The notes beneath the pieces are model-generated. The model was not told where the DNA came from. It saw only the letters and a program-made list of their open reading frames with translations, and ran no database searches. 30,471 nucleotides of DNA from a virus, in IMG/VR virus record IMGVR_UViG_3300045988_009951, positions 1 through 30,471 of that record; one strand, 5' to 3'. Position numbers and translations under genes: made by a program. Below are positions 1 through 7,926 of the stretch, in pieces. Positions within the stretch are counted from its first letter, which is position 1. Every line of letters starts with the position of its first letter.

Positions 1-1
1 A

Positions 2-328
2 GTGCCACACGATGCTCCTGTTCTCGACTTGCCAGAGCTGGAAATTCCAGAGGAACCAACTAAGCCAGAAAAACCAGTGGCACCGAAAGAGGCACCTAAC
101 AAGCTCGTAGACGCTCCGAAAACAAAAGAGGTAGAAATTACCGAGGTCGTTTATAAAAACGATTCTGAGCCAAAAGAAGTGGCAAATACGACGTTTTACG
201 GTGGTACTCTACCACATACTGGTGAAAAAGAGGGCATCATGTCAACTCTTGGTCTAGCAGTTATCGCTGTTGGTATCGCAGGTTTGACATTGAGTTTTAA
301 AAAATACAACGAAGGCGAAGGAGAATAA
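2..328 (+). CDS. C-terminal end of an LPXTG sortase-anchored cell-wall surface protein (5' end outside the window)
   Basis: Pro/Glu/Lys-rich wall-spanning stretch (PELEIPEEPTKPEKPVAPKEAP). Sortase motif LPHTGE, hydrophobic segment IMSTLGLAVIAVGIAGLTL, charged tail SFKKYNEGEGE. The stop lies 2 nt before the next ATG. Confidence 0.85.
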   Translation: MPHDAPVLDLPELEIPEEPTKPEKPVAPKEAPNKLVDAPKTKEVEITEVVYKNDSEPKEVANTTFYGGTLPHTGEKEGIMSTLGLAVIAVGIAGLTLSFKKYNEGEGE

Positions 329-330
329 TC

Positions 331-651
331 ATGAAAGAAAATAACAAACAAGTCGTATTTTACAACGCTGAAAAAGATGGATTTCTTATGAGCTATAAAG
401 ACAAAGGGAACCTAGCGTTTACAGCGACTTTTGACGACAGACTTTGGAAAGCGTTACATCTACCATTTGAACCATACGAAAAACAAAAAGCTGACATTGA
501 CAAGCTTGCTGAAGCGTTTGGCTGCGAAGTGCTTATCGTAGAAGCCGAATACAATGTAACTAAACTTGATGGATCAGACTTCGAACGTACAGAGCGTGAA
601 GGATCCTTGAAGAATGGAATCGAAGCGCTTATGGAATTATTGACTAATTAA
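331..651 (+). CDS. Hypothetical early phage protein (106 aa)
   Basis: ORF with an AAGGAGAA Shine-Dalgarno inside the end of the preceding gene (translational coupling). No recognisable domain. Confidence 0.7.
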   Translation: MKENNKQVVFYNAEKDGFLMSYKDKGNLAFTATFDDRLWKALHLPFEPYEKQKADIDKLAEAFGCEVLIVEAEYNVTKLDGSDFERTEREGSLKNGIEALMELLTN

Positions 652-723
652 CAAATTAAGCAGTGGTGGGAGGGTAGGCATTAAATATGGCAGATAATCA
701 AAAATACTACACAGGGGGTAGAA

Positions 724-1503
724 ATGGGAAACCGTAGAATGATAAGTAAAACTGTTACTCAAACACATCGATTCTTACGTTTGCCCCTAGAAGCACAAGC
801 TCTTTATTTTCACCTTATCCAAAATTGCGACGATGATGGCGTGGTGGAAGCATTCCCTATTCTCAGAATGATAGGGGCTAACGAGGATAACTTAGGGCTT
901 CTAGTTATCAAGCAATTCGTAAAACCTCTTAATGATGAAATGGTTTATTTCGTGGTTGATTTCCACGAACAAAACACTGTCAGAAAAGACAGATATGTAC
1001 CTAGCATTTATAAAGGATTGCTAGAGGAAAACACCGATGAAACCACTGGTAAACCACCGGTAAACCAAACGACAACCACTGGTTGCCCCAATATAAGTAA
1101 AGATAATACAAGTAAATATAATTTAAGTAAATCTAACAGTAGAGAGGATGAAACATCAGAAAATAGTCAAATTTCTTCTTCTGCTGCTGATGACCAATCA
1201 GATTTTAATATTTTCGGACATTATCAAGAACGAATTGGGCCTATCGATGGATACCAAATGGAAAAACTGAAAGGCTATATCGATTTCGATAAGTTAGAAA
1301 TCATGTTGGTCAAACGCGCCATAGATAGAGCCGCTGACAACTCGAAACGCTCATTTGGATATGTCAATTCTATTTTAAAAGCTTGGGCACAAAACGGGAT
1401 TCATACCGTTGCTCAGCAAGATGAAGAACAACGCCAATTTGACAGTCGTAAAAGCTTTGATGAACAGCCAGTTAAATTTGGACCAGCTTGCAGCAAATAC
1501 TAG
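724..1503 (+). CDS. Phage replisome organiser / replication initiation protein with a C-terminal DnaD-like domain
   Basis: N-terminus RFLRLPLEAQALYFHLIQNCDDDGVV resembles the phage replisome-organiser N-domain. C-terminus IGPIDGYQMEKLKGYID...RSFGYVNSILKAWAQNGIHT is a DnaD/DnaB_2-type repeat. A low-complexity linker carries DNA iterons. GGGGG RBS before the ATG. Confidence 0.8.
   Translation: MGNRRMISKTVTQTHRFLRLPLEAQALYFHLIQNCDDDGVVEAFPILRMIGANEDNLGLLVIKQFVKPLNDEMVYFVVDFHEQNTVRKDRYVPSIYKGLLEENTDETTGKPPVNQTTTTGCPNISKDNTSKYNLSKSNSREDETSENSQISSSAADDQSDFNIFGHYQERIGPIDGYQMEKLKGYIDFDKLEIMLVKRAIDRAADNSKRSFGYVNSILKAWAQNGIHTVAQQDEEQRQFDSRKSFDEQPVKFGPACSKY
1041..1137. repeat. Putative phage origin of replication (iterons plus AT-rich repeats) inside the replisome-organiser gene
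   Basis: AACCACTGGT occurs at 1041-1050 and 1074-1083. GGTAAACCA occurs at 1048-1056 and 1059-1067 (11-bp phasing). Three tandem 15-bp AT-rich units follow: ATAAGTAAAGATAAT / ACAAGTAAATATAAT / TTAAGTAAATCTAAC (1093-1137). Confidence 0.55.
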
Positions 1504-1514
1504 AGGTGATATCT

Positions 1515-2297
1515 ATGAGTTTAGAGCAAACAGCCAAGCAAATGCGAAGGCAGTACATGAAGCCTAGCGATAAATACTGCGATAAGCACCAACGGCACTA
1601 TGTCACGATTCAGTTTCCGAACTCAAAACCCTACACAGTGTGTGAGCTTTGCCATCGGGAAGAACAAGACCAACAGAACGCCATCAAAGCACAAAAACAG
1701 TACAACCGAGAGCAAGAGCAGAAACGCTTGTACTTCCTCAAAGATTTCAGCTTGCTGGATGATGATTTGAAGAATGCTAGCTTTGGCAACTACAAGGCAT
1801 TGACCAGAGAGCAGAAAGAAGACTTGAAAAATGTCAGAAATCAACTTAAAGGCTACCTTGACGGTCAAGACTACAACATTGTCTTAATCGGAGATACTGG
1901 AGTGGGCAAAAGCCATCTAGCTTATTCAGCACTTAAAGCTTTGTCTGATCACACGAAAAAGATGGGGCTATTCATCAACGTGGTTGACCTATTAGCCAAA
2001 ATTAAAGAGGATTTCAGTCTTGAAGCTGAATATATCAGACGCATATCGGAAGCTGAATGGCTAGTCCTCGATGATTTAGGGACTGAAAAAGTAACAGAGT
2101 GGTCTAACGGTATCTTGTATAGCATTTTGAACAAGCGTACCAAAACTATCATTACCACTAACTTAAGTCCACGGGACATCATGGGTACTTATGGAAAGCG
2201 TGTCTATTCTCGAGTTTTTAAGAAGACAGGACTTGGAACGACGAATGAACATGTTTATCAATTCAAGACACAACAAGATAAGAGGATGATGCTTTGA
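1515..2297 (+). CDS. DnaC/DnaI-like AAA+ helicase loader
   Basis: Walker A GDTGVGKS, Walker B WLVLDDLG, N-terminal Cys/His cluster CDKH...CELC. ATG 1515 preferred over 1488 because it follows an AGAGGTGA RBS. Confidence 0.85.
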   Translation: MSLEQTAKQMRRQYMKPSDKYCDKHQRHYVTIQFPNSKPYTVCELCHREEQDQQNAIKAQKQYNREQEQKRLYFLKDFSLLDDDLKNASFGNYKALTREQKEDLKNVRNQLKGYLDGQDYNIVLIGDTGVGKSHLAYSALKALSDHTKKMGLFINVVDLLAKIKEDFSLEAEYIRRISEAEWLVLDDLGTEKVTEWSNGILYSILNKRTKTIITTNLSPRDIMGTYGKRVYSRVFKKTGLGTTNEHVYQFKTQQDKRMML

Positions 2298-2476
2298 CAG
2301 AAAAAGAAGTTAAGCTAAAACTCTTTGAAGACTACGAGCGTATTCATGGGCTTGTAGTCTCGAAAGAGCACAAACAGAAAATGATGGATGATTTAGATCT
2401 GTATTCGTTTATCGAGAAAATTAACGAATATATGTATTTTGCTAAGAAATCAACGCAGATTTTTAGCGCACACTAG
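2294..2476 (+). CDS. Small hypothetical phage protein (60 aa, TTG start overlapping the upstream stop)
   Basis: ORF only. The start overlaps the TGA of the loader gene (TTGA). No domain recognised. Confidence 0.45.
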   Translation: MTEKEVKLKLFEDYERIHGLVVSKEHKQKMMDDLDLYSFIEKINEYMYFAKKSTQIFSAH

Positions 2477-2612
2477 AAAGCCCCTCTAAAATCGATTTTA
2501 AGGCGTGTGTTTTGCTCGGTGGTATAAATTGACTACGTCACTGTAAAGATTGCACTACACCCCATTAAAATGCGAAATAAGGGCATTCAAAACAAAAAAG
2601 GAAGACAAAGAC

Positions 2613-3368
2613 ATGACAAATCAACTACAAACACAAAACAAAAGAGATATTTCAACAGATACAAGTGCATGGACGTTTCAAGATATTAAACGCTACTACG
2701 ACCCACAAGATTTGTTGACAGAAAAACAAGTTGGGCAAGCTTTATCGCTGATTAAAGGTCGTAACCTCAACCCATTGCTAAACGAGGTCTATATCGTAGC
2801 TTACAAAAAGAAAAATGGTGGGGCTGAATTTGGCTTAATTGTCTCAAAAGAAGCATTCTTGAAGCGTGCAGCACAAAATCCAAACTATGAAGGATTTGAA
2901 GCCGGAGTGGTAGTTGTTGACAATTCTGGCGATATGGTTGAGCGGAAAGGGGCACTATTGCTACCTAACGACAATCTTGTCGGTGGTTGGGCAAGAGTTT
3001 ACCGCAAGAATTTCAAGGTTCCTGTAGAGGTTTTTGTTAGCCGTGAAGAATACGACAAAAAACAAAGCACTTGGAACGCTATGCCAGCAACCATGATTAG
3101 AAAGACTGCTCTTGTCAATGCCTTACGTGAAGCTTTTCCAGAGGATTTAGGAAGTATGTACACCGAGGATGATGGCGGTGAAACATTCGACAGGATCAAA
3201 GATGTAACACCACAAGAAACACAAGAGGATGTTAGAGCTCGCAAGATGGCTCAAATCGAACAAATGAAACAAGAACAATCGCAATTCCAACAAACAAGTG
3301 AAGACAGCTCTCAACCAGTTATCAACTCACAAAATGAGTCGGTTCAAGGCGAGCTTCTCGACTATTAA
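2613..3368 (+). CDS. recT: RecT/Bet-family single-strand annealing recombinase
   Basis: NPLLNEVYIVAYKKKNG..FGLIVSKEAFLKRA...GGWARVYRKNF...WNAMPATMIRKTALVNALREAFPEDLG matches the RecT/Bet core as I recall it. ATG 2613 follows AAAGGAAGA. The upstream TTG at 2550 is unlikely to be the start. Confidence 0.85.
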   Translation: MTNQLQTQNKRDISTDTSAWTFQDIKRYYDPQDLLTEKQVGQALSLIKGRNLNPLLNEVYIVAYKKKNGGAEFGLIVSKEAFLKRAAQNPNYEGFEAGVVVVDNSGDMVERKGALLLPNDNLVGGWARVYRKNFKVPVEVFVSREEYDKKQSTWNAMPATMIRKTALVNALREAFPEDLGSMYTEDDGGETFDRIKDVTPQETQEDVRARKMAQIEQMKQEQSQFQQTSEDSSQPVINSQNESVQGELLDY

Positions 3369-3381
3369 CGAGGTGTGAACA

Positions 3382-4392
3382 ATGCAAGAATTACAAGTTA
3401 ATATTGAACAAGCCAAAGTTGAGATTGTAGGGCAAGAGGTTTTTGAAAAAGGTATTGCTGATGTAGTTGCAAAGTATCAAAATTACACAGTCACCGCTGG
3501 CACTATCAAAGACGACAAGAAAGTCTTGGCTGAGTTACGAAAATTAACCAAGCAAATTTCAGACGAACGTATCAAAATCAAGAATGAGTTATCAAAACCA
3601 GCGACGGATTTTGAAAAATATATCAAGGAAACAGAGAAACCTCTTAAAAACATTATCAACCAAATTGCAAATGATGTGAAAGAGTTCGAAAATCATCAAA
3701 AAACACTGAGACTGGACACGGTTAAAAGCTATCTGGCCAACAAAGCTAGTGAGTACATGATTGACCCTCGTATTTTTGATGAAAAAGCAACGGAATACAT
3801 CAAAGTTGGCGATTTCATGGCAGATGGTGTAACTCTAAAGAAAGCGACTATGAAGGCATTAGACGACATGGTTACTTTTGAATATCAAAAACAAGAGGAA
3901 TTTAAAAAAGCCACTCAATCCATATCTGGACTTTGTTCAGAGTACGGAATGACCGACCAACCGTATATCCGTATGCTTCAAAATCTGACATTAGCAGAGG
4001 TGTTAGATCAGATTCGTTCAGACCATGCTTTTGAATTACAAAAACAAGAAGCTGAACGCAAAAGACAAGAACAAGAAGCACTACGACAAGCTGAATTACA
4101 AAAGCAAAAAGAAAAAATAGTAGAAACAACACCAACGGCATTAGTTGTTGATTCAGAAACAGGCGAAATTATCGAAAATACGCCAACAATTGAAGAAGCT
4201 AACATTCCAGAATCAAAACGTTATCGCCAAAAAATGACGCTTGAAGTCTACTTTGAAGATTCAGACGATAAAGACAGATTTAAACGTTTACTTAGCGAAA
4301 ACGGCTGGGAATACAAACAAAACTACACTGTCAGAGGCTATCAAAACATAGCCAGTATGACCGAAGAAGAATTGAAAATACATCTAAATTAA
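3382..4392 (+). CDS. Coiled-coil phage protein, DUF1351-like, of the kind usually found next to RecT and SSB
   Basis: Position between recT and ssb. Long helical Lys/Glu-rich sequence. N-terminus VNIEQAKVEIVGQ...VTAGTIKDDKKVLAELRKL resembles DUF1351 members. Family assignment is from memory only. Confidence 0.6.
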   Translation: MQELQVNIEQAKVEIVGQEVFEKGIADVVAKYQNYTVTAGTIKDDKKVLAELRKLTKQISDERIKIKNELSKPATDFEKYIKETEKPLKNIINQIANDVKEFENHQKTLRLDTVKSYLANKASEYMIDPRIFDEKATEYIKVGDFMADGVTLKKATMKALDDMVTFEYQKQEEFKKATQSISGLCSEYGMTDQPYIRMLQNLTLAEVLDQIRSDHAFELQKQEAERKRQEQEALRQAELQKQKEKIVETTPTALVVDSETGEIIENTPTIEEANIPESKRYRQKMTLEVYFEDSDDKDRFKRLLSENGWEYKQNYTVRGYQNIASMTEEELKIHLN

Positions 4393-4458
4393 TGTCAAGA
4401 CAAAAATCTAAACCCACGCTGGACGACTTCATCGTGAATAGAGAAAAGGAGAAAAATT

Positions 4459-4962
4459 ATGTTAAATTCGGTCTGCCTTGTTGGTCGCCTAACCCGTGAC
4501 CCCGAACTTAAATATACAGGTAACAATATCGCAGTAGCATCTTTCAGCCTTGCGGTTAACCGTAACTTCAAGGACGCTAACGGTGAACGGGAAACAGATT
4601 TTATCAATTGCGTTATCTGGCGCCAGCAAGCTGAAAATTTGGCTAACTGGGCTAAGAAGGGTGCATTGATTGGAATCACTGGACGCATCCAAACCCGTAG
4701 CTACGAGAATCAGCAAGGTCAACGAGTGTATGTAACCGAGGTGGTCGCTGAGAACTTCCAAATGTTGGAGAGCCGTGCAGCGCGTGAAGGTGGTAGCACT
4801 AACCAAGGCAACACATCGGGAGCGTCTGGCAATGACAACGGCTATGCAGGGCCTTACGGTCAGCAAGCACCGCAACAACAAGGGCCAAACTTTGCAAGAG
4901 AAAGCAGGCCATACGGGAACGCAAACCCTATGGATATCACTAGTGATGATTTGCCGTTCTAA
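4459..4962 (+). CDS. ssb: Single-stranded DNA-binding protein
   Basis: OB-fold core [29 protein letters not shown]...[37 protein letters not shown]. Gly/Gln/Pro-rich tail ending in the acidic tip DDLPF. Confidence 0.95.
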   Translation: MLNSVCLVGRLTRDPELKYTGNNIAVASFSLAVNRNFKDANGERETDFINCVIWRQQAENLANWAKKGALIGITGRIQTRSYENQQGQRVYVTEVVAENFQMLESRAAREGGSTNQGNTSGASGNDNGYAGPYGQQAPQQQGPNFARESRPYGNANPMDITSDDLPF

Positions 4963-4973
4963 TTAGGTGAAAT

Positions 4974-5366
4974 ATGAAACTAGAATTTCTATTACCAAGG
5001 TCGAAAACTAAACCTGCTCAAAATTTAGTTATCAACAGTAATGACAGATTTCACTATCAAGCAGAGGGTCGGATGGTCAAAAAACTGCGATTAATAGCGA
5101 GAGCAGAAGCAGGGCTTAACATTAAGCCAGTATATAGCCCGGATAAGCCTTGTAAGGTGCTTGTCACGGTCTATGCACCAACCAGACGAAGATTAGACCC
5201 ACCTAACCTATATCCGACGGTTAAAGCTATTATAGACGGCTTGACGGACGCTAATTTGTGGCCAGACGACAATCACGAAGTTATCAAAATGATGTCGTTT
5301 CAGTATGGCGGGCTAAGTGGTGAGTCTGGGAAATTTAAGATTGTGTTAGACATTGAAGGAGCGTGA
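4974..5366 (+). CDS. rusA: RusA-like Holliday junction resolvase
   Basis: Motif PTRRRLDPPNLYPTVKAIIDGLTDANLWPDDNHEV parallels E. coli RusA [30 protein letters not shown]. The second Asp of the D-x-D pair is Pro here. The position after ssb is typical. Confidence 0.6.
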   Translation: MKLEFLLPRSKTKPAQNLVINSNDRFHYQAEGRMVKKLRLIARAEAGLNIKPVYSPDKPCKVLVTVYAPTRRRLDPPNLYPTVKAIIDGLTDANLWPDDNHEVIKMMSFQYGGLSGESGKFKIVLDIEGA

Positions 5367-5367
5367 A

Positions 5368-5676
5368 ATGAATAGCAAATATAAAGACAAGCTAGTCGGT
5401 GTATATGCTCCGGGCAGTTACGACCACACAAGTGTGTTAGGCCAAACGCAAGAGTTTTCGAAGTGGTTCTGGGCCAATTGCGAAGATATGGAATTTATCA
5501 GCGCCAAGCTAGGTATCAACACCAAGAAACTCAATCGGATTTTAACGCTGGAGCAACTACCGGACAAAGAATTACTGAAAGGAATGATGGAATTATGCGA
5601 TACAAATTTACAAGAACACCGTTCGCAGACGGAACGAATAGAATTTATGTACGTTCCAAAGAAATTGAGCAGTTAG
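5368..5676 (+). CDS. Hypothetical phage protein (102 aa)
   Basis: ATG 5368 follows a GAAGGAG RBS. The 3' third overlaps an alternative-frame ORF (see findings). Confidence 0.55.
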   Translation: MNSKYKDKLVGVYAPGSYDHTSVLGQTQEFSKWFWANCEDMEFISAKLGINTKKLNRILTLEQLPDKELLKGMMELCDTNLQEHRSQTERIEFMYVPKKLSS

Positions 5677-5700
5677 AAAAGATTTTGTTAGGAGAGGAAA

Positions 5701-6207
5701 ATGATGGATAGACAAGAAGCAGTACAGAAACTAGCAACAGCGGGACGCCTTTCAATGGCCCACGCAGAAGACCTATACGATTCTTTCTTCCCTAAACCAG
5801 TAGTACCACAATATGTGGCGGATTGGTATGAGGAGCATAAGGATGAGTTCGAAGTAAATCTATTTCAAGCTGTCTATGAGGCTTCAGATGGCTACACTGT
5901 TGACTCGACAAACAAGTTTTGGCATTGGTTGATGTCTAAGGATATCGATGCACTCACAATTCTCGTCAACGTGCACCAGTTCGGCTATGAGGTCGAGAAA
6001 GAGGCTAGGTATACGGTTAAAATTAAAGGTCGTTTAGGGCAATATCTAGGCAAATATTACTTAAACAACGAGGAATTAATGCTACAGTTTACAAGGACTC
6101 AATATAGTGAGGGTGGAAGTTTTACGAGAACAGAGCTAGAAGCGAACGGCTTTGGCTGGGTGTTTGATTGCCCAGGCGTTGAAGTGAAAGAGGTGGAGGG
6201 TGAATAA
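5701..6207 (+). CDS. Hypothetical phage protein (168 aa), possibly DUF1642-like
   Basis: AGGAGAGGAAA RBS. Typical streptococcal-phage early-region protein. Family name is from memory and not verified. Confidence 0.7.
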   Translation: MMDRQEAVQKLATAGRLSMAHAEDLYDSFFPKPVVPQYVADWYEEHKDEFEVNLFQAVYEASDGYTVDSTNKFWHWLMSKDIDALTILVNVHQFGYEVEKEARYTVKIKGRLGQYLGKYYLNNEELMLQFTRTQYSEGGSFTRTELEANGFGWVFDCPGVEVKEVEGE

Positions 6208-6514
6208 CCTAATTAATAAAATTAATAACTGGGCAGACGAGCGAAATTTAAAACAAGCTGACCCGAAAATTCAGTGGATGCGTGTGACAGAGGAAGTCGG
6301 AGAGATTCGGGATGTACTCTTGAAACCGACGAAATTCACTGAGCCACAAGCTGCGTTGAAAGATGCAATCGGTGATACGCTGGTAACAATTATCGTACTA
6401 GCACACCAACTAGACCTTGATGTAACTGAGTGTCTCGGTATTGCGTACGAGGAAATCAAGAATAGAAAAGGAAAGATGATTAATGGAACTTTCGTCAAAG
6501 AAGAAGACCTCTAA
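6200..6514 (+). CDS. MazG-like all-alpha nucleoside triphosphate pyrophosphohydrolase
   Basis: Metal-binding helix motifs EEVGEIRD and DAIGDTLVTIIVLA. Size ~100 aa. GTG start overlaps the upstream stop (GTGAATAA). Confidence 0.75.
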   Translation: MNNLINKINNWADERNLKQADPKIQWMRVTEEVGEIRDVLLKPTKFTEPQAALKDAIGDTLVTIIVLAHQLDLDVTECLGIAYEEIKNRKGKMINGTFVKEEDL

Positions 6515-6815
6515 GAAGTGGTACACGGATAGTTTGACTATTTCAAGCGCTATCTTATTCATTAGTCTAGCTGTCAACATGTTGTCAGTCTACTACGTTC
6601 TGACAGTGCCACGTAGAGTAGAAACGGTAACTATCCATCGGGTAGATAATGCTGGTTCTGAGATGTATGGCAAGGTGACTGGGAAAGAGAAGATTAACGA
6701 TTTATACACTATCGATTGCGGTGCTTACGGTAAGTTTCTGGTAAACAAGGAGCAATATGACAGTGTTAACGTTGGGGATGATATCCCTAGCTACTTAAGG
6801 GGGCGAGGACAATGA
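6483..6815 (+). CDS. Small membrane-anchored phage protein (110 aa, one N-terminal TM helix)
   Basis: Basic N-terminus KKKTSKK followed by the hydrophobic stretch LTISSAILFISLAVNMLSVYYVL. No catalytic motif. Confidence 0.6.
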   Translation: MELSSKKKTSKKWYTDSLTISSAILFISLAVNMLSVYYVLTVPRRVETVTIHRVDNAGSEMYGKVTGKEKINDLYTIDCGAYGKFLVNKEQYDSVNVGDDIPSYLRGRGQ

Positions 6816-7192
6816 TGCCTAGATTTAGAGCGTGGGATGGCGGCTCGCTATGCCGCATGTACAGTCCAGAGGAAGTGATGGTCGGCAATGGCGACATTTG
6901 GGTTATCGATGAGGATGGCGTTGCTGGTGAATGGATTGTGAATAATGACCTTGTTCTCATGCAATCAACTGGACTTACTGATAAAAATGGCAAAGAAATC
7001 TTTGAAGGGGATATTATTGATTCGGAGGATGGAATCCTATCCGGCGTAGTTGAGTTTAGACCGGATTTAGGAATGTTTGTTAGCACATTGATTAAATATA
7101 ATAATTTCGAACGTTTATGTAATGTCGCTGATTCAGTGCATATTATCGGTAATATTTACACGAATCCAGAGCTGGCAGAGGTGAACTCATGA
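6812..7192 (+). CDS. YopX-family phage protein
   Basis: RAWD...LMQSTGLTDKNGKEIFEGDII...IIGNIYTNPEL are the hallmark YopX motifs. Confidence 0.85.
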   Translation: MMPRFRAWDGGSLCRMYSPEEVMVGNGDIWVIDEDGVAGEWIVNNDLVLMQSTGLTDKNGKEIFEGDIIDSEDGILSGVVEFRPDLGMFVSTLIKYNNFERLCNVADSVHIIGNIYTNPELAEVNS

Positions 7193-7896
7193 CCAAATAC
7201 CAATATTCAGGACTGACACCAGAGCTGCATCAGCGGTTAGTCAGTGAACATGCGGCACTGAGGGAAACGTACAAAGGGAGTGCGTATAGACAGTTTTTCC
7301 GAGCTGTAAAACAGTGTGATGAGAAAAGAGCCGTTATCATTTATCAAGCACTTAATAATGCAGTTATGGAACGTGCCAGGATATCGCCCCAGACTGTTAA
7401 AAGGCTAAAAGGTATCATTTCTGACGAGCTATTCAACGACCTGCAAGATTATCTGTCTGAAAACTATACGAGGGGTAAAACCACGCGCCCAATGTTAGAT
7501 AAAACAAACGCAGGACTGCCAGAGCACCTTTTCAAGCGTTTCCGTGAAGAAGTTGAAGTTTTGCGAAAGGAACACCCTAAGGACTTTAATATCTATATTA
7601 GAGAAAAGAAAGAGGTCAATAAGAGACAAGCTAACAAAACCCGAAACGCCATCAATTGTTGCTATGCGGAGAAAGCTACTCTAACACCTTTGATGGCTAT
7701 TTACATGGAAGGCGTGCTGTCAAGAGAGCTATTCAGTAAAATTGCCGATTATGTCTTCAATCATTATGAATGGTCCGAGAGACTAGACGATGAAATTGAT
7801 CGTATTATTCTTAAATATCGGACTAAGGGCGAGTTAGGGCGTAACAAAATTACGGTCAGAAAAGCCCTATATAAAGCCTATGCGTTAGGCGTGTAG
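7189..7896 (+). CDS. Hypothetical phage protein (235 aa) made of two homologous halves
   Basis: ORF with an ATGA overlap to yopX. Residues ~9-100 and ~110-200 align: LTPELHQRL...ISDELFNDLQDYLSENY versus LPEHLFKRF...LSRELFSKIADYVFNHY. Confidence 0.7.
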   Translation: MTKYQYSGLTPELHQRLVSEHAALRETYKGSAYRQFFRAVKQCDEKRAVIIYQALNNAVMERARISPQTVKRLKGIISDELFNDLQDYLSENYTRGKTTRPMLDKTNAGLPEHLFKRFREEVEVLRKEHPKDFNIYIREKKEVNKRQANKTRNAINCCYAEKATLTPLMAIYMEGVLSRELFSKIADYVFNHYEWSERLDDEIDRIILKYRTKGELGRNKITVRKALYKAYALGV

Positions 7897-7926
7897 CTAG
7901 TGAGGGTTCGACTCCCTCGCTAGCTA
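7894..7926 (+). other. tRNA-like minihelix (acceptor stem plus T-arm mimic). Not a complete tRNA.
   Basis: 13-bp stem (TAGCTAGTGAGGG / CCCTCGCTAGCTA, one G-T wobble) closing the 7-nt loop TTCGACT. GGGTTCGACTCCC is a consensus tRNA T-arm. No D arm or anticodon arm upstream. Confidence 0.6.

Noticed and set aside
4395-4966. Alternative-frame and antisense ORFs over the ssb gene (4395-4688 minus, 4489-4881 minus, 4775-4966 plus)
   Set aside because: The + frame 4459-4962 encodes an unmistakable SSB with the DDLPF tip. The other ORFs have no RBS and implausible composition.
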